64,000 nt of DNA from Candidatus Latescibacterota bacterium (lineage in GTDB: Bacteria; Latescibacterota; UBA2968; UBA8231), in the NCBI GenBank assembly GCA_965243025.1, contig CBDETY010000003.1:4640001-4704000 (forward strand), read 5' to 3'. The notes beneath the pieces are model-generated. The model was not told the DNA's origin and searched no databases. It saw only the letters and a program-made list of their open reading frames with translations. How positions within the stretch are numbered: the stretch's first letter is position 1; each line of letters starts with the position of its first letter. This document shows, one piece after another, positions 48,856 through 58,312 of the stretch. The translations under genes were made by a program, and so were the position numbers.

Positions 48856-49707
48856 TCAGTCCCACTCGCATTCGAAATGCGACCGCTGCATGTGCCAGCG
48901 GTCCGGCAGCATGGCGTCCTGCCGGTAGAGCACCAGCAGCCGGCACGACTGCTGCAGCGAGCTCGAGGGGTATTCGAAGGTGAATTCCATCGCCTGTTTC
49001 CGGTCGGCGACCGGAATGTCGGCGGAAGTGTAGATGTCGGGCTTGGTCGAGGCGAACACGAGCGCCTTCTTGGTCCCGTGCTTCTTGAGGGGAACGCGCG
49101 CGGTGAAGGTCACGCGGCGCACCTTTTTCGGCAGCAGCAGGTCGGTGCGGTCGACGAGCTCGTCCCGCTGCCAGCTGCCGGCGAGTATCGCCTGCAAGTT
49201 ACCGAGAAAGACGCGCTCCCGCCCGCCGTCCGGGACGATGAGGTAGAGGTACCCCCGGCGCGCCTGCGTCGACACTCCCTTTTCCCCGCCGAGACCCTCG
49301 AAATCGAGGGCTATGGTCAGGTCGACGTAGCGGTTCGGGGGCAGGGCATGCAGGGAAAGGGCCCCCAGCACGGTCTCGGATACCCCTGCTTCGCGAAGCT
49401 CGACGAGAGCGTCGACGGAGACGTCGCAGGCGCACCGCCGCTGCTTCAGCATGTCGACGATGGACGCGTCGCTGAACTTGCCGGCGACGAGCTTGCGCAG
49501 GTCTTCGAGGGTGATCGGAAGCTGGTCGGAGCGCTCGTAGATCGGCGGCAGGGGCCCGCCGTCCCAGTCGATGATGTTGTAGACCGCCCCTTCGTCGAGA
49601 ACCCGGGCGGCGGCTCCCTGCAGAGTCGGCCCCGGTTCGGTTGGCGCCGCCGAAACCGCGGAAACGGCCCCGGCAACCAGCGCGAGAACTGCGGCACATC
49701 TTCTCAT
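48856..49707 (-). CDS. Hypothetical exported protein
   Basis: Signal peptide (MRRCAAVLALVAGAVSAVSA) and a helical segment ITLEDLRKL..FSDASIVDML...DVSVDALVELREAGVSETVL. Lies inside the envelope operon. Confidence 0.6.
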   Translation of the reverse strand: MRRCAAVLALVAGAVSAVSAAPTEPGPTLQGAAARVLDEGAVYNIIDWDGGPLPPIYERSDQLPITLEDLRKLVAGKFSDASIVDMLKQRRCACDVSVDALVELREAGVSETVLGALSLHALPPNRYVDLTIALDFEGLGGEKGVSTQARRGYLYLIVPDGGRERVFLGNLQAILAGSWQRDELVDRTDLLLPKKVRRVTFTARVPLKKHGTKKALVFASTKPDIYTSADIPVADRKQAMEFTFEYPSSSLQQSCRLLVLYRQDAMLPDRWHMQRSHFECEWD

Positions 49708-49720
49708 GATCTCGTCCTTG

Positions 49721-51100
49721 TCACTGAAAGCTGCGGCGGCTGAGCACCACGGGACCGCTGCCCTGAAGCTCGATTTCCTCGAAGCGGTGGCTGTCGACGA
49801 CGCGGCCCCCAGCATTGAGAAACTCCAGATCGAGGTCAACGGTTCCCGGCGGCAACCACAGACGCACCATCCAAATCGTTTTCGGCAAAGACAGCCAGCC
49901 GCGGGTGTCGGCCGCCTCGACCGAAGATCCGAGGAGGTTGAATACCGTCCCCAGGACCGAGCTCTCCTCTTCTATCTTCTTGACGGCCAGGTATTTGGCA
50001 AGGGCGCGGGCAACGGTTCGCAGCAGCACCGTCCCCTCCTTCTCGGCGAAACTCTCGATGGCGATGGCGTCCAGGTCCTCCATGAGCACTCCCTGAACCC
50101 TGTTGCCGGCCCCCGACAGCCTCACCCCGGCGACCTGCGAGCGCACCGGCTCGTACTCCGGCAGGGCGACGCGCAGCCAGTAGTCGACCTTGTGGTAGCG
50201 GGCGCGGGGGTGATGGTAGCGATGCACGGCCCTTTCCGAAACCTCCCAGACCTTCCCGTCATCCTCCTCGAGGATCGGAATCGAGATCTCGCGCTGCCGC
50301 TTGCGGGCGATGAACCCGCTTTCGGCGAACACGATGACCTCGACCCCCTGCGGCTGCGCCAGATCGCCGGGCTGCAGGTGAAAGCGCTCGCTGAACTCCT
50401 CGACGTCCTCCTCGTACCCCAGCGCCGCGGCCAGGCCGGTGATGTCCCGCTGCAGCGCGGTGGGGGTCTTCATCCCGAACGTCTCGCGGTAGGCGCCGTA
50501 CCCCTTGAGCGCGTCCTTGTACGAGATGTAGGCGTCGTTCCACTCCCCTTCCGCCTCGTACAGGAGACCGGTCAGGTACTGCAGGAAGGCGTCGTTCCGG
50601 TAGGTCAGCTCGTACTCGGCCTCGGCGGCGAAGTCCCGCAGCCTGAGATTGGCCTTGCGGCACTCGACCAGGGCGTTCTCCGTGTTTCCGAGGTACAGGC
50701 TGTTGAGGGCGCGGTAGTAGTGGATGAGGGCGCGCTCGTACTCCTCGCCGCTGTAGGCGCGGACCGCGTCGTTGGTCAGGAACGCTCCCACCTCCCGCAC
50801 CACCGAGCGGGTGAAATGCTTGTCGATCAGCCGTTCCGCCTTTTCGAACTGCCGGTCCGACGCTTCGTACTTCCCCTGGTAGTGGAGGATGAGTCCGCGC
50901 TCCAGCCGGTACAGGAGCATGTCGGTGTCCCCGGCCGGTTTGTTCAGCTTGTCCAGGGCCCCCTCGTAGTCGCCCCTTTCCAGCCGCTTCAGGGGGGACT
51001 TCATGAAGCCGGAATAGGCGGCGCCGCAACCGGTCTCGAGAAAGGCGGCGAGACAGATCGCGAGCGCGCAGAGGCGAGCGGTTCTCTTCTTCGGAATCAA
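49721..51100 (-). CDS. COG3014-like TPR lipoprotein
   Basis: TTG start and lipobox-like ETGC. Motifs LLYRLERG, AYSGEEYE, ENALVECRK, A.ISY..A, AADTRGWLSLP. Confidence 0.72.
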   Translation of the reverse strand: MIPKKRTARLCALAICLAAFLETGCGAAYSGFMKSPLKRLERGDYEGALDKLNKPAGDTDMLLYRLERGLILHYQGKYEASDRQFEKAERLIDKHFTRSVVREVGAFLTNDAVRAYSGEEYERALIHYYRALNSLYLGNTENALVECRKANLRLRDFAAEAEYELTYRNDAFLQYLTGLLYEAEGEWNDAYISYKDALKGYGAYRETFGMKTPTALQRDITGLAAALGYEEDVEEFSERFHLQPGDLAQPQGVEVIVFAESGFIARKRQREISIPILEEDDGKVWEVSERAVHRYHHPRARYHKVDYWLRVALPEYEPVRSQVAGVRLSGAGNRVQGVLMEDLDAIAIESFAEKEGTVLLRTVARALAKYLAVKKIEEESSVLGTVFNLLGSSVEAADTRGWLSLPKTIWMVRLWLPPGTVDLDLEFLNAGGRVVDSHRFEEIELQGSGPVVLSRRSFQ

Positions 51101-51248
51101 GGTTCGATCTTCACGGTCCCGAGGGGGGCCGGCCGTACCCGGTCGCTGCTCCAGTAGGATGCCCCTTCCCCGGCGGATGTTCCCGCAACCGGCCCGGTGG
51201 CGGCCCGGGAGGCGGGAGCCGCTTCCGTCCGGGGAGGCCATCCCCTGC

Positions 51249-51277
51249 TTGCAGGGGGTCATTGCGGCGCGTAACAT
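51249..51277 (+). promoter_or_regulatory. Putative sigma70 promoter
   Basis: TTGCAG-N17-TAACAT upstream of the oxidoreductase. Confidence 0.4.
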
Positions 51278-51312
51278 TGCCGCTTTCCGCGGCAAGCGCA
51301 ATCAACCGGGCC

Positions 51313-52356
51313 ATGCCCCAGTCACCTCCCATCAACGCTGTCGTCGTCGGCTTCGGAGTCGCCGGACGGCAGTTCCACTGCTACCTGATCGGCCTCGTCC
51401 CGGAGCTCAACCTCTACGGCGTGGTCAGCCGCCGCCCCGAGGCGGACCCCGGGATCGGGAAGCTCGGCGCCCGCCGCTTCCCCCGTCTCGAGGAGGCCCT
51501 CGCCGACGAGCGGGTCGACCTCGTGGTGCTGGCGACCCCGAACGACCTGCACGCCCCGCAGGCGCTGGCCGCCCTGGCCGCCGGAAAGCACGTCGTCACC
51601 GACAAGCCGATGGCCCTCGATGCGGAAGAGGCGCAGAGCATGGCCGCGGCCGCCGGGCGCAGCGGCCGGCTCCTGACCTGCTTTCAGAACCGGCGCTGGG
51701 ACGGGGACTTCCTCACCGTGCGGAAAGCCCTCGCCGAGGGAGCTGTCGGCGAGCTGGTCTCCCTCGAAACCTCCTGGAACGACCCGAGGAAACCCCGCAC
51801 CTGGCGCAGCGAGGCCGCCCGCGGGGGCGGCCGCTGGATCGACCTCGGCTCCCATCTCGTCGACCAGGCCCTGCTGCTGGCCGGCGCCCCGGTCGAGCGG
51901 GTGTACGCCCAGTTCCGCACGGGGGTCCACGACAACGACGTCGAGGATCACGCCATCTGCCTGCTGACCTTCGCCAACGGCGTGCTGGCGCAGGTTACCA
52001 CCTCCTCGGTCGCCCGGGTGCCGAAACGGCGCTGGTTCCTCGCCGGCACCTCCGGCACCCTCATCCAGCGCGGCTTCGACCCCCAGGAAGAGGCGATGAA
52101 GGCCGGCGACATCGACGCCGCCCGCCCCTCGCCCCGGGACGGGGCCAGCCTCTTCCGCGACTGCGGCGGCGAGACCCGGCAGACCGCGGTCGAGCCGGTT
52201 CCCGGCCGCTGGCGCAGCTACTACGAGAACGTCGCGGCGGCCCTGCTCGGCCGGGAGGAACCCGCGGTCACCTGCGAAAGCGTCTGCGAAGTGGTGCGCG
52301 TCCTCGAAGCCGCGGCGGAATCCGCGGCCCGGGGGGAAGCGGTCACCCTTTCCTAG
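51313..52356 (+). CDS. Gfo/Idh/MocA oxidoreductase (YdgJ/IolW-like)
   Basis: VVGFGVAGRQFH, LATPNDLH, GKHVVTDKP, FQNRRWDGDF, DLGSHLVDQ, GFDPQE. Confidence 0.9.
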   Translation: MPQSPPINAVVVGFGVAGRQFHCYLIGLVPELNLYGVVSRRPEADPGIGKLGARRFPRLEEALADERVDLVVLATPNDLHAPQALAALAAGKHVVTDKPMALDAEEAQSMAAAAGRSGRLLTCFQNRRWDGDFLTVRKALAEGAVGELVSLETSWNDPRKPRTWRSEAARGGGRWIDLGSHLVDQALLLAGAPVERVYAQFRTGVHDNDVEDHAICLLTFANGVLAQVTTSSVARVPKRRWFLAGTSGTLIQRGFDPQEEAMKAGDIDAARPSPRDGASLFRDCGGETRQTAVEPVPGRWRSYYENVAAALLGREEPAVTCESVCEVVRVLEAAAESAARGEAVTLS

Positions 52357-52520
52357 TGTCCCGTCGCAGAAATATCTCGACACCGGGATGCCGATCCATC
52401 CCGGCTCGCGGCGTTGCCTTCGCTCGCCGTACACCCTCGGTACGACTCGCTCAGGCGCCTTGTGAGCCGGGCGCCTCGGCATCCCGATTTTGTCAATCTA
52501 TCTCTGCGACGGGACAATAG
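52353..52520. mobile_element. 168-bp MITE-like palindromic element
   Basis: 22-bp terminal inverted repeats ctagtgtcccgtcgcagaaata / tatctctgcgacgggacaatag (2 mismatches). Nested inverted repeats cgggatgccga/tcggcatcccg and cccggctc/gagccggg. No transposase coding capacity. Confidence 0.72.
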
Positions 52521-52528
52521 AGGCCGGG

Positions 52529-53089
52529 TTGCGGCGCCGGGAGGACGGCTGGGAAGAGACGCGGTTCGAGGTCCGCAGCCGCGACTCGCCGCTGCCGCTG
52601 GAGGAGTACCGGCGGCTGCCGAAGTTCCCGGTCACCCTCGTCCTCGACAACCTGCGCAGCGCCTTCAACGTCGGCTCGATCTTCCGCACCGCCGACACCG
52701 CCCGCATCGAGCGCGTCATCACCTGCGGCTACACCGCCCACCCGCCTCACCCGAGGCTGGAGAAAACCGCCCTGGGCACCCTCGGCTACGTCGAGACGTC
52801 GCACCGCGGCTCGGCGCTGCTCGCCGTCGAGGAGCTGCGGCGGGCGGGAACCCCGGTCTGGGCCCTCGAGACGACGTCGCGGAGCCGGACCCACACCTCG
52901 GTGCACTACCCCCGGCCGGTCGCCCTGGTCCTCGGCAACGAGGCCCTCGGCGTCGGCGACGAGGTGCTGCGCGCCTGCGACGAGCTCGTCGAGATACCGG
53001 TCTTCGGCTTCAAGAACTCCCTCAACGTCGCCAGCGCCTGCGCGGTGGTGCTGTTCGAGATCCTGAGACAGTGGGAGGAGCTTTCCTGA
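52529..53089 (+). CDS. SpoU/TrmH family RNA 2'-O-methyltransferase (alternative TTG start at 52490 lies inside the MITE)
   Basis: LDNLRSAFNVGSIFRTAD, LVLGNE..GV, VEIP.FG.KNSLNV. Confidence 0.9.
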   Translation: MRRREDGWEETRFEVRSRDSPLPLEEYRRLPKFPVTLVLDNLRSAFNVGSIFRTADTARIERVITCGYTAHPPHPRLEKTALGTLGYVETSHRGSALLAVEELRRAGTPVWALETTSRSRTHTSVHYPRPVALVLGNEALGVGDEVLRACDELVEIPVFGFKNSLNVASACAVVLFEILRQWEELS

Positions 53090-53116
53090 ACCCGGGGCCG
53101 CACGGCCGGATACCGA

Positions 53117-54358
53117 CTACCGCGGCAGGCGGTACGGGTTGCCCTCGTAGCCCGCGGCCAGTTCGTGGCTGTTCCCGTGCGCGGGCAGCTCGCGGACACG
53201 GGCGTAGCGCGCCAGCGCCTCCTCGCGGCGCCCGAGAGCGTCGAGAGCCATGCCGAGGAAGAGGTTGGACAGGGCCACGTAGCCGCCGGTTTCCTGGTCC
53301 CCGGGGCGCTCGCCCAAACCGCGGCTGAGGCTGTCGGCCGCGGTCAGGGGCGGTACCACCTCCGCTGGCCGGTTGCGGATGAAGGCGAAATTTCCCTGGT
53401 AGTAGAGGGCCTCGATATGGGCGCGCCGGTGGTACCCCCTCGCCCCCGCCTCGCAGCGTTCGACGACCTCGCGGTACAGGGGCAGGGCGCGGTCCCAACG
53501 GTTGAGGGAGGCGTAGGTCCTGGCAGTGTAGCGATGAAAGATCGAGTTGGGCGGGTAGCGTGAGCGCAGCTCCTCGAGATAAGGCAGGGCCTTGGCGTAG
53601 TCCTCCTCGAAAAGGCGGTAGATCTGCGCCAGAAAGTACTTCGCCTCCGCCTTTGCGTAGCGACCTTCAGCGGCGACTTCCCGCAGCTGCCGCAGTCCGG
53701 TCTCGCGGTCTCCGTCCTTCAGCATCCAGATGACGGCGCGGACGATCGGGTACTTCTGCGGGATCACATCGCGGAAGTAGTTGTAGATCCCCTGTCCGAA
53801 CAGGATGTCCTTGTTGGCCGGCTCCATTTTGCGGCTGCGCTCGAGCAGCGGCAGGCTGCGCAGCCCGTCCTGCGCCGCCCGCAGCATCTGCCGCCGGTCG
53901 CCGCGCAGGCGCCCGCGAAAGCCGATGGACCCTCCCTTGAAGAGGATGGCGTCGAAATCGTCGGGGTCGATGCGCAGGCGCGCGTCGCAGATCTCGATGC
54001 ACTCGCCGATGCGCCGGTAGAACGCCTCGTCGTGCGAGGTGTCGTCGAGGTCGATCAACACCCGCCACCAGGCCACCATCGCCCGGAAGAAGTAGCCGAG
54101 GGGGTTGTCGGGGTACGAGGCGACGAGGTCGTCGAAGTAGCGGTCCGCTTCCTCGAAGCGGAGATTGTATATGAGATCGACGCCGCGCTGCACGCGCTCG
54201 TCGTACACCCGCATGGTCAGCGTCGGCGGCGGCTCTGCCGGGGCGGCCGCCGGAGGGACCAGCAGCAGGGCTGCTGCCGCCATGCAGAAAGCGAACCGGG
54301 CAAGTGGCATGCGGTCCGGTTTCGGGGGATTGCGGCGAGTCGTTCCGAGTCGGTTCAT
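53117..54358 (-). CDS. Exported tetratricopeptide-repeat protein
   Basis: Signal-peptide-like N-terminus and multiple TPR helices (YPDNPLGYF, YPPNSIF). Start codon uncertain. Confidence 0.7.
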   Translation of the reverse strand: MNRLGTTRRNPPKPDRMPLARFAFCMAAAALLLVPPAAAPAEPPPTLTMRVYDERVQRGVDLIYNLRFEEADRYFDDLVASYPDNPLGYFFRAMVAWWRVLIDLDDTSHDEAFYRRIGECIEICDARLRIDPDDFDAILFKGGSIGFRGRLRGDRRQMLRAAQDGLRSLPLLERSRKMEPANKDILFGQGIYNYFRDVIPQKYPIVRAVIWMLKDGDRETGLRQLREVAAEGRYAKAEAKYFLAQIYRLFEEDYAKALPYLEELRSRYPPNSIFHRYTARTYASLNRWDRALPLYREVVERCEAGARGYHRRAHIEALYYQGNFAFIRNRPAEVVPPLTAADSLSRGLGERPGDQETGGYVALSNLFLGMALDALGRREEALARYARVRELPAHGNSHELAAGYEGNPYRLPR

Positions 54359-54422
54359 GGTGCTCCGGCAATTATAACTTCATTATCAGCTTCCCGAACT
54401 TTCATCACACCGAACGGCAGAC

Positions 54423-55802
54423 ATGTCTGAACGAACCCACGACGTAATCGTCATCGGCGGCGGCTCCGCCGGATACGCGGCCGCCGCCGCCGCCCGGGAC
54501 GGCGGCGCCGACGTCGCCATCGTCGATCACGGCCCTCTCGGCGGCCTCTGCATCCTGCGCGGCTGCATGCCGAGCAAGACCATCCTGCGCTCTTCCGACA
54601 TCATGGCGCTGATGCGCAGGGCGCCGGAGTTCGGCCTGCTGCCTGTCGAAGCCGGCGCCGACCTGGCGGCGATCATCGGCCGCAAGGAGCGCCTCGTCCG
54701 CTCCTTCGCCGACTACCGCATCGAGCAGCTGCGCAGCCCGGGATTCACCCTTTACGAGGAACGCGCCGTTTTCGAGGACCCCCACCGCCTGCGGGCCGGG
54801 GAAAACGTCCTCGAGGCGGCCAGCTTCATCGTCGCCACCGGCTCGGTAGCGACCCGGCCGGCGATTCCCGGGCTCGACGAGGCCGGCTGCCTGACCAGTG
54901 ACGAGCTGCTCGAGCTGCGCGAGCAGCCCGAATCCCTGCTCGTTCTCGGAGGAGGGCCGGTGGCGGTCGAGCTGGCGCAGTTCTTCCAGCGCATCGGCAC
55001 CGAGGTCACCCTGCTGCAGCGCAGCGGCCACATCCTGTCGAAGGGGGACGAGGACCTGGCGCGGCCGGTCGAGGAGGCCTTCCGCGAGGACGGAATGCGG
55101 CTGTTCACCGGCACGCAGCTGCACCGCTTCAGCGCGGATGGAAAGGCGGTAACCGCCCACTTCTCCCACGAGGGGGAGGAGCGCACCGCCTCCGCGCAGC
55201 TGGTGTTTCAGGCCCTGGGGCGGCGGCCCAACACCGACGGCCTCGGGCTCGGGGCCGCCGGGGTCGAGAGCGGCCGCGCCATAACCGTCGACGAGGAGAT
55301 GCGCACCAGCCAGCCGCACATCTTCGCGGTCGGGGACGTCAACGGCGAGCACGAAATCGTCCATATCGCCGTTCAGCAGGGGGAGATCGCCGGCCACAAC
55401 GCGGTCTGCGGCCAGCGCCCGGCGAAGCGCATGGATTCGCGGCTGAGCGCCCAGGTCGTCTTCACCGATCCGGCGGTCGCCGGCGTCGGCCGCTCGGAAA
55501 AGGAGTGCCGCGCCGAAGGGATCCCCCACCTCACCGCCTCCTACCCGTTCGACGACCACGGCAAGTCGATGACCATGGGGGCGACCCACGGTCACGTGAA
55601 GCTGATCTGCGACCCCGACAGCGGCGAGCTGCTCGGCGGCCACATCGTCGGCCCCGAGGCCGGGGAGCTGATCCACGAGCTGATCGCGGTGATGTACTTC
55701 CGCGGCACCGTCGGCGACCTCGCGAACATCCCCCACTATCACCCGACGCTGGCCGAGATCGTCACCTACCCGGCCGAAGAACTGGCGGAGAAGCTGCCGT
55801 GA
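54423..55802 (+). CDS. Class I pyridine nucleotide-disulfide oxidoreductase (dihydrolipoamide dehydrogenase / RclA / MerA-like without the C-terminal CC)
   Basis: VIGGGSAG, GGLCILRGCMPSK redox disulfide, LGGGPVAVE, FAVGD, HYHPTLAE. Confidence 0.88.
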   Translation: MSERTHDVIVIGGGSAGYAAAAAARDGGADVAIVDHGPLGGLCILRGCMPSKTILRSSDIMALMRRAPEFGLLPVEAGADLAAIIGRKERLVRSFADYRIEQLRSPGFTLYEERAVFEDPHRLRAGENVLEAASFIVATGSVATRPAIPGLDEAGCLTSDELLELREQPESLLVLGGGPVAVELAQFFQRIGTEVTLLQRSGHILSKGDEDLARPVEEAFREDGMRLFTGTQLHRFSADGKAVTAHFSHEGEERTASAQLVFQALGRRPNTDGLGLGAAGVESGRAITVDEEMRTSQPHIFAVGDVNGEHEIVHIAVQQGEIAGHNAVCGQRPAKRMDSRLSAQVVFTDPAVAGVGRSEKECRAEGIPHLTASYPFDDHGKSMTMGATHGHVKLICDPDSGELLGGHIVGPEAGELIHELIAVMYFRGTVGDLANIPHYHPTLAEIVTYPAEELAEKLP

Positions 55803-56611
55803 ACCCGCCCGACGTCTTCAACAACCCCCTACGCTCCTGGACGGAACGCCACCTCGGGCTGCCCCTGGCCGCCCTGGGGGGCGACCCGGTTCCGGTGGTG
55901 GAAATCGAACCGGGGGCCGTCTGCGGCCCCCTGGTGGCGCTCAAGCTCGAGGGCCGCTGCGCCGTGGCCTCCCGGGCCGACTGGATGGAGGAGCTGCGCT
56001 CACTCGCCGCCCGCCTGCCGATGGAGATGATCTTCTCCCCCTTCGGCTGCGCCGAGCTCGCGCGGATCACCCTGCCGCACGGCTACGGCATCTGGGGGCC
56101 GACGTGGTACCTGTTCGGGGACGAATCCTCGGTGGGGCCGGGCGGGGACGATCGCCCCAGCCGCTTCACCCCGGACGACATGCGGGGCATCGACTACGAC
56201 CTCTTCTGGCACTGCGCCCCCGAGGCGGTCGCCGGCTTCGGCATCGCCGAGGAAGGCCGGCTCACCGCCCTGGCCGTGGTCACCGGCCGCGGCGATCCGG
56301 TCTGGGAGATCGGCATGGACGTGATCCCCGAAGCCAAGGGACGCGGCCTCGGCCGCGCCGTCGTCGCCGCCGCCGCCCACTGGATCCTCGGAATGGGCGG
56401 CATTCCCATGGCCACGGTGGGGCCGTTCAACGTGCCCTCGGTGCGGACCCTGCGGGCCGTCGGCCTGCGCTATGCGTTCACGACCTCCGTGGCGATGGAG
56501 GGCCCGTTCAAAATCCCGCCGCAGATGCTCGGCTCGCCGCTGCCGGACGCCGAGGTGTACGACTACTACCCGCGCTGGGCGATGAACCGGAAGATCAGGC
56601 CGAGGCCATAG
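55799..56611 (+). CDS. GNAT family acetyltransferase
   Basis: WEIGMDV.PEAKGRGLG acetyl-CoA motif A and NVPS.R. GTGA overlap with the upstream gene. Confidence 0.75.
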   Translation: MNPPDVFNNPLRSWTERHLGLPLAALGGDPVPVVEIEPGAVCGPLVALKLEGRCAVASRADWMEELRSLAARLPMEMIFSPFGCAELARITLPHGYGIWGPTWYLFGDESSVGPGGDDRPSRFTPDDMRGIDYDLFWHCAPEAVAGFGIAEEGRLTALAVVTGRGDPVWEIGMDVIPEAKGRGLGRAVVAAAAHWILGMGGIPMATVGPFNVPSVRTLRAVGLRYAFTTSVAMEGPFKIPPQMLGSPLPDAEVYDYYPRWAMNRKIRPRP

Positions 56612-56879
56612 TCCAGCCTGGGGGTGTCCCGTCGAATGACCGTCTCCCCTGACCGGGTGTGGGAAACCATCCATGCACCCCTGTCCGGACAGGGAGCATT
56701 GCCATCGCCCTCCCGCTGCAGCCGTTTTTCTTGCTCATGTTTTCCCGACCCCTGTTCTTGACAACCGGAAGGGAAGCGAGATCACCGTCCGCGCCCGGGG
56801 TTTCCAGAGCGCCGAATCGAGGAGTTGAGCCTCCCGGTCGGGCGCCGCAAGCTCAGCCACCGGGAAGGGCCGGGTGACA

Positions 56880-56894
56880 CGGCACGCATCTCGC
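56880..56894 (+). promoter_or_regulatory. Putative sigma54 (-24/-12) promoter for the efflux operon
   Basis: CGGCACGCATCTCGC gives GG-N10-GC. An upstream perfect palindrome CCCTGTCCGGACAGGG lies at 56679-56694. Confidence 0.45.
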
Positions 56895-56937
56895 CCGGGC
56901 GGAATCGGGAACGCGTCGAGATACAGGTGGGAACATC

Positions 56938-58287
56938 ATGCCTGCGAATAACAGGATCTTCCCCGGGGAGCGCGCCGGGCCCTTCGAATCCCCTGGCAGC
57001 ACCCGTCCCGGCGGGGGCCTCGGCATGGACCGCAGAATCGAGAAGCGGCGCTTCACGACGCGGCGGGTCGCCCTCGGCGCCTCGCTTCTGCTGCTGGCGG
57101 GGCTGTGCGGTTACGCCCTGCTCGCCGATTTCGGTGTGCGCAGGCTGAACGTCCAGCGCGAACGGCTGACCCTGTCGGCGGTCGAGTCGGGGCCTTTCAA
57201 GGAATACATCCCGGTGCGCGGCACCGTGCTGCCGCTGCACACCGTGTACCTCGACGCCCTGGAGAGCGGCCAGGTGGTGCAGGTGTTCGTCGAAGAAGGG
57301 GCCCTGGTGGTGGAGGGCGATCCGCTGCTGCGCCTCGCCAACCCCGACCTCGAGCTGACCACCCTGCAGCAGGAAGCAGAGCAGGAGCGCAGCAGGGAGG
57401 CGCTGCTCAACGGCCGCCTGACCATGGAGCAGAACCTGCTGGCCTCGCGCAAGGCGCTGATGGAGATCGAGTACCGGCTCGCCGTCGACAAGCGCAACTT
57501 CGAGCGCTACCGGGACCTTCCCGCCGAGGATCTGGCCGCCATCATGTCGCGCCAGGAATACGAGCGCCTGCGCGACGAGTACGAGTACAGCGCCCGCCGC
57601 ATGGCCCTGACCCGGGAGACCCTCACCCAGGACTCGCTGCTGGCGGCGAGCAGGGTGGCGCAGCTGGTCTCCGCCGTCGAGCGCACCGAGCGCGATCTCG
57701 CGATCGTCCGGAGACAGCTGGACAACCTGACCGTGCGGGCCCCCGCGGCCGGGCAGCTGACCACGCTCGAGGCGGAGATCGGAGAGAGCAAGGAGGCCGG
57801 GGTGCGCCTGGGACAGATCGACATGACCGAGGGCTTCAAGGTGCGGGCAACCATCGACGAGCATTACATCGGCCGCGTCGGCCGCGGGCAGCGGGGCAGC
57901 TTCGACAGCGGCGGCGAGACCTACGGCCTGTCGATCCGCAAGGTCTACCCCGAGGTCAGGGAGGGCGGTTTCGAGGTCGACCTCCTGTTCGAGGGGGAAG
58001 CGCCCGGGGGGATCCGCCGCGGCCAGACCCTGCTCGTGCGCCTGGAGCTGGGCAACCTCGAGGAGGCGGTGCAGGTGGCGCGCGGCGGGTTCTACCAGTC
58101 GACCGGGGGCCACTGGGCCTACGTGCTCGACGCCTCCGGCGATCGGGCGGCGCGGCGCTCCATCAGGCTCGGGCGCCAGAACCCCCGGGTCTACGAGGTG
58201 CTGGAGGGACTCGAGCCCGGGGAACGGGTGATCACCTCGAGCTACGAGAGCTTCGGGGAAAACATCGACGTGCTGGTGCTGCGGTAA
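56938..58287 (+). CDS. Efflux membrane-fusion protein (periplasmic adaptor)
   Basis: MDRRIEK + TM segment, LDALESGQV..VFVEEG..V.EGD, VRAP..GQL, LGRQNP..YEVL.GL.PGERVITSSY. Confidence 0.9.
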   Translation: MPANNRIFPGERAGPFESPGSTRPGGGLGMDRRIEKRRFTTRRVALGASLLLLAGLCGYALLADFGVRRLNVQRERLTLSAVESGPFKEYIPVRGTVLPLHTVYLDALESGQVVQVFVEEGALVVEGDPLLRLANPDLELTTLQQEAEQERSREALLNGRLTMEQNLLASRKALMEIEYRLAVDKRNFERYRDLPAEDLAAIMSRQEYERLRDEYEYSARRMALTRETLTQDSLLAASRVAQLVSAVERTERDLAIVRRQLDNLTVRAPAAGQLTTLEAEIGESKEAGVRLGQIDMTEGFKVRATIDEHYIGRVGRGQRGSFDSGGETYGLSIRKVYPEVREGGFEVDLLFEGEAPGGIRRGQTLLVRLELGNLEEAVQVARGGFYQSTGGHWAYVLDASGDRAARRSIRLGRQNPRVYEVLEGLEPGERVITSSYESFGENIDVLVLR

Positions 58288-58312
58288 GCGCACACTGAAG
58301 GAGAAGAGCAAG

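Noticed and set aside
54423-55802. Mercuric reductase merA
   Set aside because: It lacks the C-terminal Cys-Cys pair and the NmerA domain, and no mer genes are nearby.
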